Assembly (NCBI GenBank): GCA_035568115.1
Contig: DATMOP010000086.1
Span: 31,279-95,278 of the forward strand
DNA from: Candidatus Acidiferrum sp.
Lineage (GTDB): Bacteria; Acidobacteriota; Terriglobia; Terriglobales; Acidobacteriaceae
Length of the DNA stretch: 64,000 bases
Reading direction: 5' to 3'
Shown: positions 6,590 to 15,722 of the stretch, piece by piece
How positions within the stretch are numbered: position 1 is the first letter of the stretch
Layout of the letters: each line of letters opens with the position of its first letter
Notes under the pieces: model-generated
Database searches by the model: none
What the model saw: only the letters and a program-made list of their open reading frames with translations
Told to the model about the DNA's origin: nothing
Made by a program: the position numbers and the translations under genes

Positions 6590-8491
6590 ATGATTCTGCG
6601 CATCGCCATGGTTGTCGAACTTAGCCTTTGGCCTCAGGTCAGCAAGGACCAATGGGACCTGATCAAAACCGTCGCCGCTATGACTGGGGCGCTACTGGCC
6701 TTGGCTACTGCAGTTGTCAAGATATCCGGCTGGCTGAAGCCCCGTTGGCGTGCCTGGCGCGACCGAAGGACTCTTAGGGAGCGAGTCGGGGCCGAACTTT
6801 ATGACTTGGGTGTAATCCAGCGGGCGACAACTTACTACATACACCCGGATTGCCAGAGCGTCGATCCGGCTGGTGCCGAAGAACCACGGCACGTCATCGC
6901 TGCACGTGAGCCTCTATTCGATGCCGTCGACCGGCTATTAGAGAACCCGGGCCAGTACAAGTTCGTGATTGTGCTGGCCGACTCCGGAATGGGTAAGACC
7001 TCTTTTCTTCTCAACTACTACGCACACCATTGGTGGTCGAGGCGGCACGATCGATTTCGCTTGTCCCTAGTCCCCCTGAATCTGCCCAACAGTGACGAAC
7101 TCATTCGGAAGATCCCCCCCGAACAACAGAGCGATACAGTGCTTTGTCTGGATGCACTGGACGAAGATCTTCAGGCCGTCCGAGATCATCGCGGACGCCT
7201 CGGCGACCTAGTGAGTGCGGCTCGCGGTTTCCGGACCGTCATCGTAACCTGTCGCACCCAGTTTTTCCCAAAAGACGAGGAGATTCCGACAGAGACTGGC
7301 ATCTTGAAGGTTGGCCCTGTCGGTCCCAACGAGCCGCGTATTTTTTATCTCCACAAGCTATACCTCGCTCCGTTCACGGATGCACAAGTGGATAGGTACC
7401 TCAGACAACGATTCCCCTTCTGGAAGCACCGTCGGCGACGAGCGGCGCGGGCCATCGTGGCTAAAGCTCCGGACCTTGTAGCCCGTCCGATGCTGCTGGC
7501 ACACGTTCCGGACCTGGTGGACACGGACAGGAAAATTGAATACTCGTTTCAGATATATCAGGCGATGGTGATCGCTTGGCTTGAGCGTGAGAAGGGCTTG
7601 GTTCAAGACAGCGCGGCCTTAGAAGAATTTTCCGAGAGACTGGCCGCTGATCTCTTCATCAATCGCAGCAAGCGGCAGATGGAGCGAATCCCCGAGGCCG
7701 AGCTTAAGCCGCTTGCCGAAGAATTCGGAATTCATTTGGAGGCCTGGCAGCTTCGAGGTAGATCCCTTCTGAACCGCGATGCCTCGGGGAACTACAAGTT
7801 CGCACACCGCTCTATCATGGAGTATTTGTTCATCAGAAGGTTTCTAAGCGGCGACGTTTACCATTGTTCCGAACCTTGGACCGACCTGATGAAGACCTTC
7901 GTACGCGAATTGCTCCGTTCGCGGAGCATCCGTCCTGACCGCTTGCGTGGGGTCGATCTCAGCAACCTAGACCTCCGTGGGATATTCCACCTCGACGCAT
8001 TCTTGCCATCCATTTTGCGGGAAGACCGGTACCTAAACATCCTTGCATCAATCAAGGAGCCGCAGATGACTCAGTACGCCAAGGCAAAACGGCGAAGTTT
8101 CGCAGCTGATGCCGCGTTGCTTAGGGTCGATGCAAATGGGGCGAACCTGAGCGGGACTAACCTAGCCGAAGCGACTCTCGTCGGTGCGAACCTCCGTGGA
8201 GCAAACCTTAGCCGAGCAGACCTTCGTGGTGCGCTGCTCGTCGATGCTGATCTCACAGAAGCAAACCTCACCGAGGCTAATCTTGCGGGAGCAATCCTGT
8301 GGGTTGCCGCTCGGGCATGGCTCGGTGTTGGGGCAACGCCGCCGCATGCAAATCTTGATCGAGCCGACCTCACCGGAGCCGATCTCCGCGGAGCGCAACT
8401 CTGGCACGGAAGCCTACGGCTGGCGCGCGGTATGACGCCCGAGCAAATCGCGTCGGCACTTGTTCAGGGTCCGGAACTCTGGACCGATTAG
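6590..8491 (+). CDS. Membrane-anchored NACHT/STAND-type P-loop NTPase with C-terminal pentapeptide repeats
   Basis: One N-terminal TM helix (VAAMTGALLALATAVV). Walker A ADSGMGKTS and Walker B VLCLDALDED. NACHT-like FAHRSIMEYLF. Pentapeptide run ANLSGTNLAEATLVGANLRGANLSRADLRGALLVDADLTEANLTEANL. Confidence 0.85.
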   Translation: MILRIAMVVELSLWPQVSKDQWDLIKTVAAMTGALLALATAVVKISGWLKPRWRAWRDRRTLRERVGAELYDLGVIQRATTYYIHPDCQSVDPAGAEEPRHVIAAREPLFDAVDRLLENPGQYKFVIVLADSGMGKTSFLLNYYAHHWWSRRHDRFRLSLVPLNLPNSDELIRKIPPEQQSDTVLCLDALDEDLQAVRDHRGRLGDLVSAARGFRTVIVTCRTQFFPKDEEIPTETGILKVGPVGPNEPRIFYLHKLYLAPFTDAQVDRYLRQRFPFWKHRRRRAARAIVAKAPDLVARPMLLAHVPDLVDTDRKIEYSFQIYQAMVIAWLEREKGLVQDSAALEEFSERLAADLFINRSKRQMERIPEAELKPLAEEFGIHLEAWQLRGRSLLNRDASGNYKFAHRSIMEYLFIRRFLSGDVYHCSEPWTDLMKTFVRELLRSRSIRPDRLRGVDLSNLDLRGIFHLDAFLPSILREDRYLNILASIKEPQMTQYAKAKRRSFAADAALLRVDANGANLSGTNLAEATLVGANLRGANLSRADLRGALLVDADLTEANLTEANLAGAILWVAARAWLGVGATPPHANLDRADLTGADLRGAQLWHGSLRLARGMTPEQIASALVQGPELWTD

Positions 8492-8545
8492 TTATGCTCC
8501 CTAAGGAGCGAGGAGACACCGGCGCATGCATCGCGGCAGAAATTC

Positions 8546-8622
8546 TGGGGTGGGAAACGGGAATCGAACCCGCAACCGTCGGAGCCACAGTCCGGTGCTC
8601 TGCCAGTTGAGCTATTCCCACC
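8546..8622 (-). tRNA. tRNA-His (anticodon GTG) with encoded G-1 and encoded CCA
   Basis: Hand-folded cloverleaf: acceptor GTGGGAA/TTCCCAC, extra 5' G opposite discriminator C, anticodon loop CTGTGGC, T-loop TTCGATT, 3' CCA. Confidence 0.9.
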
Positions 8623-8631
8623 GCCTGCTTG

Positions 8632-8660
8632 ATTATACAACCGCGCTTCGCCGATGTCAG
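8632..8660 (-). promoter_or_regulatory. Near-consensus sigma70-type promoter for tRNA-His
   Basis: On the minus strand, CTGACA (8660-8655), a 17-nt spacer, then TGTATAAT with the -10 at 8637-8632. The -10 ends about 9 nt upstream of the tRNA 5' end. Confidence 0.55.
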
Positions 8661-9210
8661 AAGCTCGCGTCCGCACCGCCGCTCCGCAATTCCAAATCGG
8701 GCCATACTGCTCTCGTCCGATACATCCCGCGCCCTGTGCAAAACTTCCGCTTTCCATGTGATGGATGACCTGGACTCCGATTTTTTCTTCGCTTACTCTG
8801 AAAGCGTTGGCCAGGATGTTGTGCCGCGCAGTTCCGGACACCTCGCGGCCCTGCCCTAATCCCACGCGAGACTGTGGGCAGGACATCTGAAGGCGGGCGT
8901 TTCACGTGGCTTCCCTGGAAAGCCCAGGGCTGGCGCCCGTTGTAGGGGTGATCACTCCTCAGCTAAAAAACGGCTGCACCACCAACTAAATTGGTGAGTC
9001 AGGCTGGAGAAGGATAAGTAGAAGAAGGCAAACGAGAAACTATCGAGAATTTCAGAGAGCAGATCGGAAAAACGGGATAACAACGCCAGGCGCTCAGGCT
9101 GCGGTGCGGGATTGATGAATTCTTCGTTCACAAGTCCTGGGAGGAGTTTGTCTGCCCTGCAAGATCTTCATCCCGGTTCACCGCAAGCGGTCACCGGACG
9201 CTACACTCAT

Positions 9211-10479
9211 TCATCCCCGCCCGACGCCGACGTATTCAAATCCCATGGCGCGCAGCCGCACGGAATCCAACAGATTTTTCGTGTCCACGATGATGGGTTT
9301 CTTGAGCAGGTGCTTGATGCGGTCAAAGTCGAGCGCCCGGAATTCCGGCCAGCCTGTGCCCACCACCAGCGCATCCATGCCTTCCGCCGCCGCGTAGGCG
9401 TTTTCGCAATAGCGCACCGAACCATTCAGCCGCAGCTTGGCCTCGGAAAGCGCAACCGGATCGTAAGCCCGAACCCGCGCACCTTTGGCGACCAGCGTCT
9501 CGGCCAGCCGCACTGCGGAGGAACCCGCCACTGAATTCGTATTCGGTTTAAACGCGAGCCCGAGAATTCCCACGTCTTTGTTCTCCACCGAATTCAAAGC
9601 CAGGGCAATCTTGTCGACGAGGCGATCGGCCAGAGTGTGGTTTACGTCCCGCGCCGCGCTCAGCACTTTCAGCGGGACGCCATTGGCCTGAGCCAACTGC
9701 GCCAGCGAATCCATGTCGGACTCGGCGAACACGCCACCCATGCCCGCTCCCGGCTGCAAGCAGCGCGGAGCGATCTTCTTATCGAGGCCCAAAGCTAGCG
9801 CGAGACTCACCGCATCGGCCCCCACGCGCTCGCACAGTGCGGCAACTTCGTTGATGAAAGAAATCTTGGTCGCCACGAAGGCCGTCGCCGATTCCCGTAC
9901 CAGTTCCGCGGTCGCCTGGTTAGTCACAATCACCGGCACGCCGCGCATCACCAGCGGATGAAAAATCTGTTTGAGCACTTGTACCGCTTCGTTGGAGGTC
10001 GACCCCAGAATCAGACGGTCAGGCCAGTTGAAGTCTTCCACAGCGCAACCGTCGGTGAAGAACATGGGCTGGGAGACGATCGTCCCCTGCAAGCCCGCAT
10101 CTTTCAAAGACTTCTCGAGCGCCGCCGCAGTGCCCACCGATACAGGCGTGACGATAGTCAGAATCGGAGGCTTGGTCGCCAGGCGCGCGATCCGCATCAC
10201 CACGTCGGACAGGTTCTCGGCTCCATCTTCAGCTAGAAAAATGACTTGCGTCTTGCGCGCAAAGGATTCGATGTCGGTGGAATACGCCAGGCGCCCCGCG
10301 CGAACGTTGCGCCGGATGATCTCTTTCAGGTTCTTCTCAAAGAATGGGATGTTGCCCTGGGCCATCTCAACCATGCGCGTGCGGTCGGGATGACAACACG
10401 AAACGGGAGTGCCAAAATCCGCCAGACAGGCTGAAATCACTGTTCCCAGATAACCCGAACCGTAGACCCCGATCTGCAT
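9211..10479 (-). CDS. UDP-glucose/GDP-mannose 6-dehydrogenase family protein
   Basis: MQIGVYGSGYLGTVISACLADFG is a Rossmann N-terminus, with family-typical central and C-terminal regions. The internal ATG at 10477-10479 was chosen. Confidence 0.85.
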   Translation of the reverse strand: MQIGVYGSGYLGTVISACLADFGTPVSCCHPDRTRMVEMAQGNIPFFEKNLKEIIRRNVRAGRLAYSTDIESFARKTQVIFLAEDGAENLSDVVMRIARLATKPPILTIVTPVSVGTAAALEKSLKDAGLQGTIVSQPMFFTDGCAVEDFNWPDRLILGSTSNEAVQVLKQIFHPLVMRGVPVIVTNQATAELVRESATAFVATKISFINEVAALCERVGADAVSLALALGLDKKIAPRCLQPGAGMGGVFAESDMDSLAQLAQANGVPLKVLSAARDVNHTLADRLVDKIALALNSVENKDVGILGLAFKPNTNSVAGSSAVRLAETLVAKGARVRAYDPVALSEAKLRLNGSVRYCENAYAAAEGMDALVVGTGWPEFRALDFDRIKHLLKKPIIVDTKNLLDSVRLRAMGFEYVGVGRG

Positions 10480-10700
10480 GCGTGCCCTCCGGCTTGGCTG
10501 AACCCGCGCTCGCAGAAGAAGCTCGAAGCGGCTACTCGGCGCGGGATTCAACCCATTCCCTCTCTTCTGTTTACAGCGGGGCGAAGGCCTTCGCAACGCA
10601 CGGGAGGGAAATGTACCAGAGGCCATGTGGACTGCGCAGGCGGTAACGTAATAGGCAGGTAATCAGTCGGGTAACAAGGTCCGACACGCAGGCGACGAGG

Positions 10701-13430
10701 CTACCTTTTCAGATCACCCGCCCAGTTCGTGACCAACACCAGCGGCGTGGAAACGCTTTCCGGGTTGGTGGCGAAGATGAAATGCTGGCCGTCCGGGCTC
10801 ACGTCGTAGGCGTTCCCTATCGCCGCGATGTAGTTGACCTGGAATAGCGCGCGCACGGGACCTAATTCGAACTCGTCGCTTTTCGTGTTCACGCTAGCGG
10901 AGTGGAGGTAGGCGTCGAAGCCAAAATAGAAAATCTCTTTGCTGTCCGCCCGCCACGTGGGAAAGGTGCCTCCGGTCTGCGAGACCTGCCACTTGCCGGC
11001 GCCGCTGGGGAAATGAGTGACGTAGACTTCCTCGCGCCCGGACTCGGTTGAACTGTAGGCCAGCCAGCGGCCGTCGGGAGAAAGACGGGCTTGAATGATT
11101 CGGGCTTGCGGAGTCTGCGGCTGAACGATGGCGAAAGGCTTTTTGTCGCCCGAAGTGGGCAACGCCCACACGCCGGTGACGGTTGGGCCGCTCTGCTCGA
11201 GGTGCACGACGTAGTGTCCGTCGGGCGACCATTGCGGCTCGGTCAAGGTATGGGCGGTCGCGGAATTTTCGCCCTCCATCAGAATTTCTTCCTGGCCGCC
11301 ACCGTTCGCCAAGCGGGCGCGCAGTGACGAACCGGTAACCGCCGTAGCGCCGCTCTGGCGCACGTAAATTATCTTTTGGCCGTCGCCAGACCACGACGGC
11401 ATCAGGTGAGTGGCGCCGCCAAAGGTAAGGCGGGTATGCGATCCGCGGGCCAGATCGAACACCCAAATATCGGCCTGCGGATCTCCCAGGGAAACAGCGA
11501 GGCGTTTGCCATCGGGCGAAAGCTGGCCGCCACCCTTGTAAAACCCCTGCTCTCCCACCTTATTCAGCACCTTGCCGTTGCGATCCAGCCAGATAAGCGC
11601 CGATCCCTGAGCCTTCGATCCGGGCTCGTAGACGAGGACGCCGTTCTGGCTGGCGGCAAATGTGGTGTGCCAGGTTGAGGAGTCATATTCCACGGAGCTG
11701 GTCACGGGGACAGGATCGCCTGACACCGTCCCAGTGTCGGGATCAAACTTCTGGGCAAGCAAGGCTGACTGCAGATGGTAGAGAAGATAGCCGGAGGCGT
11801 ACTGAGCATCAGAATCCGCGTCGATTACGTGCTTGTAAGAACCATCCTTCAGTGATCCGAAATAGACTCCTTGCTGCGAACCTCCCGAGTGATTGGTGGC
11901 GAAGAAGAGGAAATGCTTGCCATCGGGCAGGAACCTGGGCCAGCGGTGGGTGGTGTGCTTGTCCATTTCAAACTTTGTCAAGCGGACCGGGATTCCGCCG
12001 GCAGCGCTGATTCGCCACAAGGAATCGCGGTAGTCGGGCTCGTAAATGATGACGTTATCCTGGTTCCACGAACCACCACGAGGATTGGCCGCATCTGCGA
12101 GAACCGTGACTGGTCCGCCCGCGGCCGGAACCTTCTTCAGATGGCCGTCGGCGAAGAACCCCAAAAAATTTCCATCCGCGGACCAGAAAGGAAAAGAAGC
12201 TCCGTCGGTGCCCTCGAGTTTCCTGGGAGTCAGGTCGCTAAGGGTTTGCACCCAAATTATGTCTCGATCTTTCTGGTTTCGGGCGCAAAAGGCGATCGCC
12301 GTCCCGTCGCCGGTGATGACCGGCGGTCCAGAAAAATCGCCGGTGAAGTCGAAGCCGATCCCCGAGGGCGGAGGCAGGTAGGAGCGCAGGGTCCGCGCTG
12401 GCTCGCGTCCACGCAGTCCGAACCACAGCAAGCCCGCCAGCAGCGCCACAACGGCCGCCGCTCCCACTATGCGCTCAGTGAAACGGCTGCGGGTATCAGT
12501 TGTCGAGGCGACGCTGCCGCTCGAAGCGTCCGTCGCGATCCAGCGCAATTCGCGGGCAACATCGGCGGCACTCTGCCAGCGCGATTCCGGATCTTTCGCC
12601 AGGCAGTCGCCGACAACGTGATCGAGCGCGGCCGGAGCCATGGGTTGAATCATGGTAACCGGTTCTGGCTCTTTCTCCAGGATGGCCGAGGCGACCGAGA
12701 GCTGGCTCTTGCCTTCGAAGGCGCGCCGTCCCGTGATCATTTCGAAGAGCACACAGCCAAAGCTGAAGATGTCGCTGCGCGCGTCGGCTTCGCGGCCTTG
12801 CAGCACCTCCGGTGCCATGAACTGAAACGTTCCCACGATGGTTCCTTGCTGCGTAAGCGTCCCCGGCGGCGGGCTGAGCGCGGACAGGTTCAGGGTTGGA
12901 GTGGAAGGCGTGAGTTGACCGTGGCTACTCAGAGGCTGCGTGCCTAACGGAGCCACGGCCGGTTTCGCCAGACCGAAATCGAGCAGCTTGGCGCCCGACG
13001 CGGTGAGCATGATGTTTCCCGGTTTGAGGTCGCGGTGCACGATGCCGGCGCGGTGCGCCTTCTCGAGCGCCTCGCAAATCTGCACGCCAGCTTCGAGCGC
13101 CTGCTTCAGAGGCAGCGGACCCTTACACAGCCGGGATTCCAGACTTTCGCCCTGCAAATACTCCATCACCAGGTAAGAAGTTCCATCCTGGCTACCAACA
13201 TCATGCAGCACGCAAATATGCGGATGATTCAGCGACGAAATGGCGCGAGCTTCCCGCTCGAAGCGCTGCTTGGCCTCAGGATTCTCAGAAAGATGCGTTG
13301 GCAGGATTTTGACCGCCACCGTGCGGTCAAGGCGAGTGTCGCGGGCGCGGTACACCTCGCCCATGCCGCCGGCTCCCAGCGGCGATTGGATTTCATATGG
13401 ACCGAGCTTGGTGCCAGAGGCGAGAGGCAT
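10701..13430 (-). CDS. Hanks-type Ser/Thr protein kinase with a TM segment and C-terminal TolB-like beta-propeller repeats
   Basis: GPYEIQSPLGAGGMGEVYRA, VAVKIL, HRDLKPGNIML and DFGLAK are kinase motifs. The tail carries repeated SPDG-type propeller blades. The internal ATG (MPLASG) was chosen. Confidence 0.9.
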   Translation of the reverse strand: MPLASGTKLGPYEIQSPLGAGGMGEVYRARDTRLDRTVAVKILPTHLSENPEAKQRFEREARAISSLNHPHICVLHDVGSQDGTSYLVMEYLQGESLESRLCKGPLPLKQALEAGVQICEALEKAHRAGIVHRDLKPGNIMLTASGAKLLDFGLAKPAVAPLGTQPLSSHGQLTPSTPTLNLSALSPPPGTLTQQGTIVGTFQFMAPEVLQGREADARSDIFSFGCVLFEMITGRRAFEGKSQLSVASAILEKEPEPVTMIQPMAPAALDHVVGDCLAKDPESRWQSAADVARELRWIATDASSGSVASTTDTRSRFTERIVGAAAVVALLAGLLWFGLRGREPARTLRSYLPPPSGIGFDFTGDFSGPPVITGDGTAIAFCARNQKDRDIIWVQTLSDLTPRKLEGTDGASFPFWSADGNFLGFFADGHLKKVPAAGGPVTVLADAANPRGGSWNQDNVIIYEPDYRDSLWRISAAGGIPVRLTKFEMDKHTTHRWPRFLPDGKHFLFFATNHSGGSQQGVYFGSLKDGSYKHVIDADSDAQYASGYLLYHLQSALLAQKFDPDTGTVSGDPVPVTSSVEYDSSTWHTTFAASQNGVLVYEPGSKAQGSALIWLDRNGKVLNKVGEQGFYKGGGQLSPDGKRLAVSLGDPQADIWVFDLARGSHTRLTFGGATHLMPSWSGDGQKIIYVRQSGATAVTGSSLRARLANGGGQEEILMEGENSATAHTLTEPQWSPDGHYVVHLEQSGPTVTGVWALPTSGDKKPFAIVQPQTPQARIIQARLSPDGRWLAYSSTESGREEVYVTHFPSGAGKWQVSQTGGTFPTWRADSKEIFYFGFDAYLHSASVNTKSDEFELGPVRALFQVNYIAAIGNAYDVSPDGQHFIFATNPESVSTPLVLVTNWAGDLKR

Positions 13431-13510
13431 CTTCGCGGCAATTATAATCCAGGCCGCATTTGGCCGGCGGGACGAAACGATAGTGGAAGACTCGATGGTC
13501 GAAGCCTCGC

Positions 13511-13861
13511 CTAGAAATCCGCGGCCGCCTCGGTCACAGTCTGGTTCCATGGGACAAGCTTGTGGATGCTGGTCACCTTCAATAAGTGTTCAATGTGCTT
13601 ATTCGCGCCCGCAAGTCGCAGCTCTCCGCCAGCCTGCTTCACCTGTCCGGCGGACGTCACTATCGTACCTACCCCGGTGCTGTCGAGATGCGTGACTCCG
13701 GTCAAGTCGAAGATAATCTTCTTTTTGTGTTGCTCGCGCACCAGGCTGTCGACTGCTCCCTCCAACTGCTTGCTCTCGCGGCCGAGCATAATTCTTCCCG
13801 TTATTTCCAGGACGACAATGTCGGGTTCCAAGTGCCTGATTTGAATCTCCAGCATCAGCAA
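13511..13861 (-). CDS. STAS-domain anti-sigma-factor antagonist (SpoIIAA/RsbV-like)
   Basis: The pattern DLTGVTHLDSTGVGTIV contains the conserved phosphorylatable DST/SG motif. The length of 116 aa fits the family. Confidence 0.85.
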   Translation of the reverse strand: MLMLEIQIRHLEPDIVVLEITGRIMLGRESKQLEGAVDSLVREQHKKKIIFDLTGVTHLDSTGVGTIVTSAGQVKQAGGELRLAGANKHIEHLLKVTSIHKLVPWNQTVTEAAADF

Positions 13862-14042
13862 CGCTCCTTAATCCGAGGGGGAACCGTTCTTAAAAGGGGA
13901 TCGCCCGTCCTGCCACCTTTTCGATGCTTTGGGAATGCGAGGCGGTGTGGCCAATCACGCGGGAAGGATCTATCCTGGGGATCATGTTAGGGGTCAAGCA
14001 TTGGCAAGTCAACGAGCTGCCTTCGGACCAGGCTAGAGCATC

Positions 14043-14588
14043 TTACGGTGAAACCAGGCTGCCGCCGAGCGGGACTGGGGCCAGGTCGATCCAGCAGTTG
14101 GGCGAGTCTTCGCGCACAAAGGTGAGCTGGTCCAGCAGGATGCGGCGGCTCCCGGAATACACCCGCCAGTGTTCGCGGGCGATTCGCAAAGCTTGTTCGG
14201 CGGCTTGTACGTCCGGCATTTTCACGATGGTCAGGTGCGGAATGTAAGGCCACTCCTCGCAGAAGGCGAGCGTCTGCTTGTTCAACTGGTCATGCAACTC
14301 TTGTAGACGGGCCGCTCCATATGCGACGCGGATGTAAACCGTGGGCGTAGTGGGAATAAAGGTTTGCATGTCGCCCAGGGTTACGTCGAAGGGCTCGGCG
14401 TGGCCGCAGATCTTCGCCAGCGCCTGTAGCGCCTCGCTTTCCGTTCCCTGCAAAAGACGCGGTGGCAGAAGAGTGAGATGGGCCGCGAAATGAGGCAAGT
14501 CGGGATGCAACTCCCGCCGAAGGTTCTCGACGAAGTCTCCTACCGGACCCTTGACGTAGGCAACCAGCGCATACCGCATGCTCTGCAT
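14043..14588 (-). CDS. 2H phosphoesterase / 2'-5' RNA ligase family protein
   Basis: Two HxT motifs are present (AAHLTLLPP and IPHLTIVKM). Confidence 0.8.
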   Translation of the reverse strand: MQSMRYALVAYVKGPVGDFVENLRRELHPDLPHFAAHLTLLPPRLLQGTESEALQALAKICGHAEPFDVTLGDMQTFIPTTPTVYIRVAYGAARLQELHDQLNKQTLAFCEEWPYIPHLTIVKMPDVQAAEQALRIAREHWRVYSGSRRILLDQLTFVREDSPNCWIDLAPVPLGGSLVSP

Positions 14589-14667
14589 ATCCAGAAAAAT
14601 TATAGCGCGTTCCGTCGTTTATAATCGGGGAGTCGTCAATTCAGGCGATCGTTGATGTTGACAAAGT

Positions 14668-14744
14668 CGGGGCGTAGCGCAGCCTGGTAGCGCACCTGCC
14701 TTGGGCGCAGGGGGTCCGCGGTTCAAATCCGCGCGCCCCGACCA
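14668..14744 (+). tRNA. tRNA-Pro (anticodon TGG) with encoded CCA
   Basis: Hand-folded: acceptor CGGGGCG/CGCCCCG, anticodon stem CCTGC/GCAGG, loop CTTGGGC, T-loop TTCAAAT. Confidence 0.9.
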
Positions 14745-14792
14745 AATTTGAAAATCAATCCCGGTCCGGCCCCAGAACTCATCGGGCTTGAC

Positions 14793-15509
14793 TCAGATCG
14801 CGACTGCTTTCGATTTCGGCGTAAACCTCTTCTTGTAGTACGCGGTCCAAACCGCGATGGCAGGGGCACCCACGATGGTCGGCCAGAGCCATACCCACCA
14901 CGCCGCGCCAAACCACCGCGTCAGATTTACCGCGGAGAAAGCCGTCAGAGCCGCGATGTAACTGCCCATCATCCCCTGCATGTGGGCAAACCACCAGAAC
15001 ATCTTTTCCGTGGGCGGTTTGAGAAAACCTGCAATCGAAGCTTGCCCCATGCGCATCCCGATGACTCCGAACACGACGGAAACAATGCTGACCGCACGAC
15101 CCGCAACCTGAATCACGCCCACGCCCATCATTTCCGGCTTGAGAAAACCCATCAGGAACAACAGGAAGCTGGCTAGGATCGTGATCACCGCAGCGAGCCA
15201 GTCCACTGGCTTTGGCCGCGCTCCGGCGTACATGTCTTTCAAAAACAGGATGCGATAGGCCGCGAACGCCGAGTAAAAGCTGAACACGGCGACCATCGCG
15301 AGGAAGAAGATGGGCAGCGCGAATGACAGAATCAGAGCCGTCACTGCGACTCCCGCCATCGCCCAGAAGTAGATCTTGCCAAATCGCCGATGCGTCTTGC
15401 CGCCCTTGGCCGTTGACAGGGCCACTGGAGCGCACACAAACGCGACCGCTCCGCATACGATATGCAGAGCCAGCAAGACTCGCAGGTAAGTTGCCCAATC
15501 GGAATGCAT
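14793..15509 (-). CDS. Polytopic integral membrane protein (DUF2306-like, tentative)
   Basis: Six or more hydrophobic helices. The competing same-strand ORF 14779-15498 in another frame is Arg/Gly-rich noise. Confidence 0.65.
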   Translation of the reverse strand: MHSDWATYLRVLLALHIVCGAVAFVCAPVALSTAKGGKTHRRFGKIYFWAMAGVAVTALILSFALPIFFLAMVAVFSFYSAFAAYRILFLKDMYAGARPKPVDWLAAVITILASFLLFLMGFLKPEMMGVGVIQVAGRAVSIVSVVFGVIGMRMGQASIAGFLKPPTEKMFWWFAHMQGMMGSYIAALTAFSAVNLTRWFGAAWWVWLWPTIVGAPAIAVWTAYYKKRFTPKSKAVAI

Positions 15510-15722
15510 CGCGCTTCCTCCCGCCGTTGTCTGCCTACTTCTCTTGCTTATCCATCTGGGAGTATTCCAGCCACTCGCCCATCCATCGTACTCGGATATC
15601 TGATGGCCGGGGTATTGGGGACTTCATCCGCGTCGCTGGTGCACTTTGGTTGCTTTGGATATACTTCTCGGGCCACAGTGGACTCGCCATCGCGCACTCA
15701 ACGGGAATACCGGCTCACACGA

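Noticed and set aside
6516-8545. Genomic-island hypothesis for the NACHT gene at tRNA-His
   Set aside because: I looked for a direct repeat of the tRNA-His 3' end to the left of the gene and for an integrase. Neither is present, and spot GC counts are about 60%, like the flanks. The tRNA proximity is noted, but I do not claim an island.
8623-9210. 590-nt gene-free region beyond tRNA-His with several small hairpins (CCCTGG-aaagc-CCAGGG, CACCAA-ctaaat-TTGGTG), considered as a possible ncRNA or riboswitch
   Set aside because: I could not match it to any RNA family by eye (no tmRNA, RNase P, SRP, 6S or riboswitch core motifs). Apart from the tRNA promoter, nothing here is supportable without covariance-model searches (Rfam cmscan would decide).
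14779-15498. 239-aa ORF overlapping the membrane-protein ORF on the same strand in another frame
   Set aside because: Its translation is Arg/Gly/Ser-rich with no hydrophobic pattern. The alternative frame (14793-15509) gives a coherent polytopic membrane protein.
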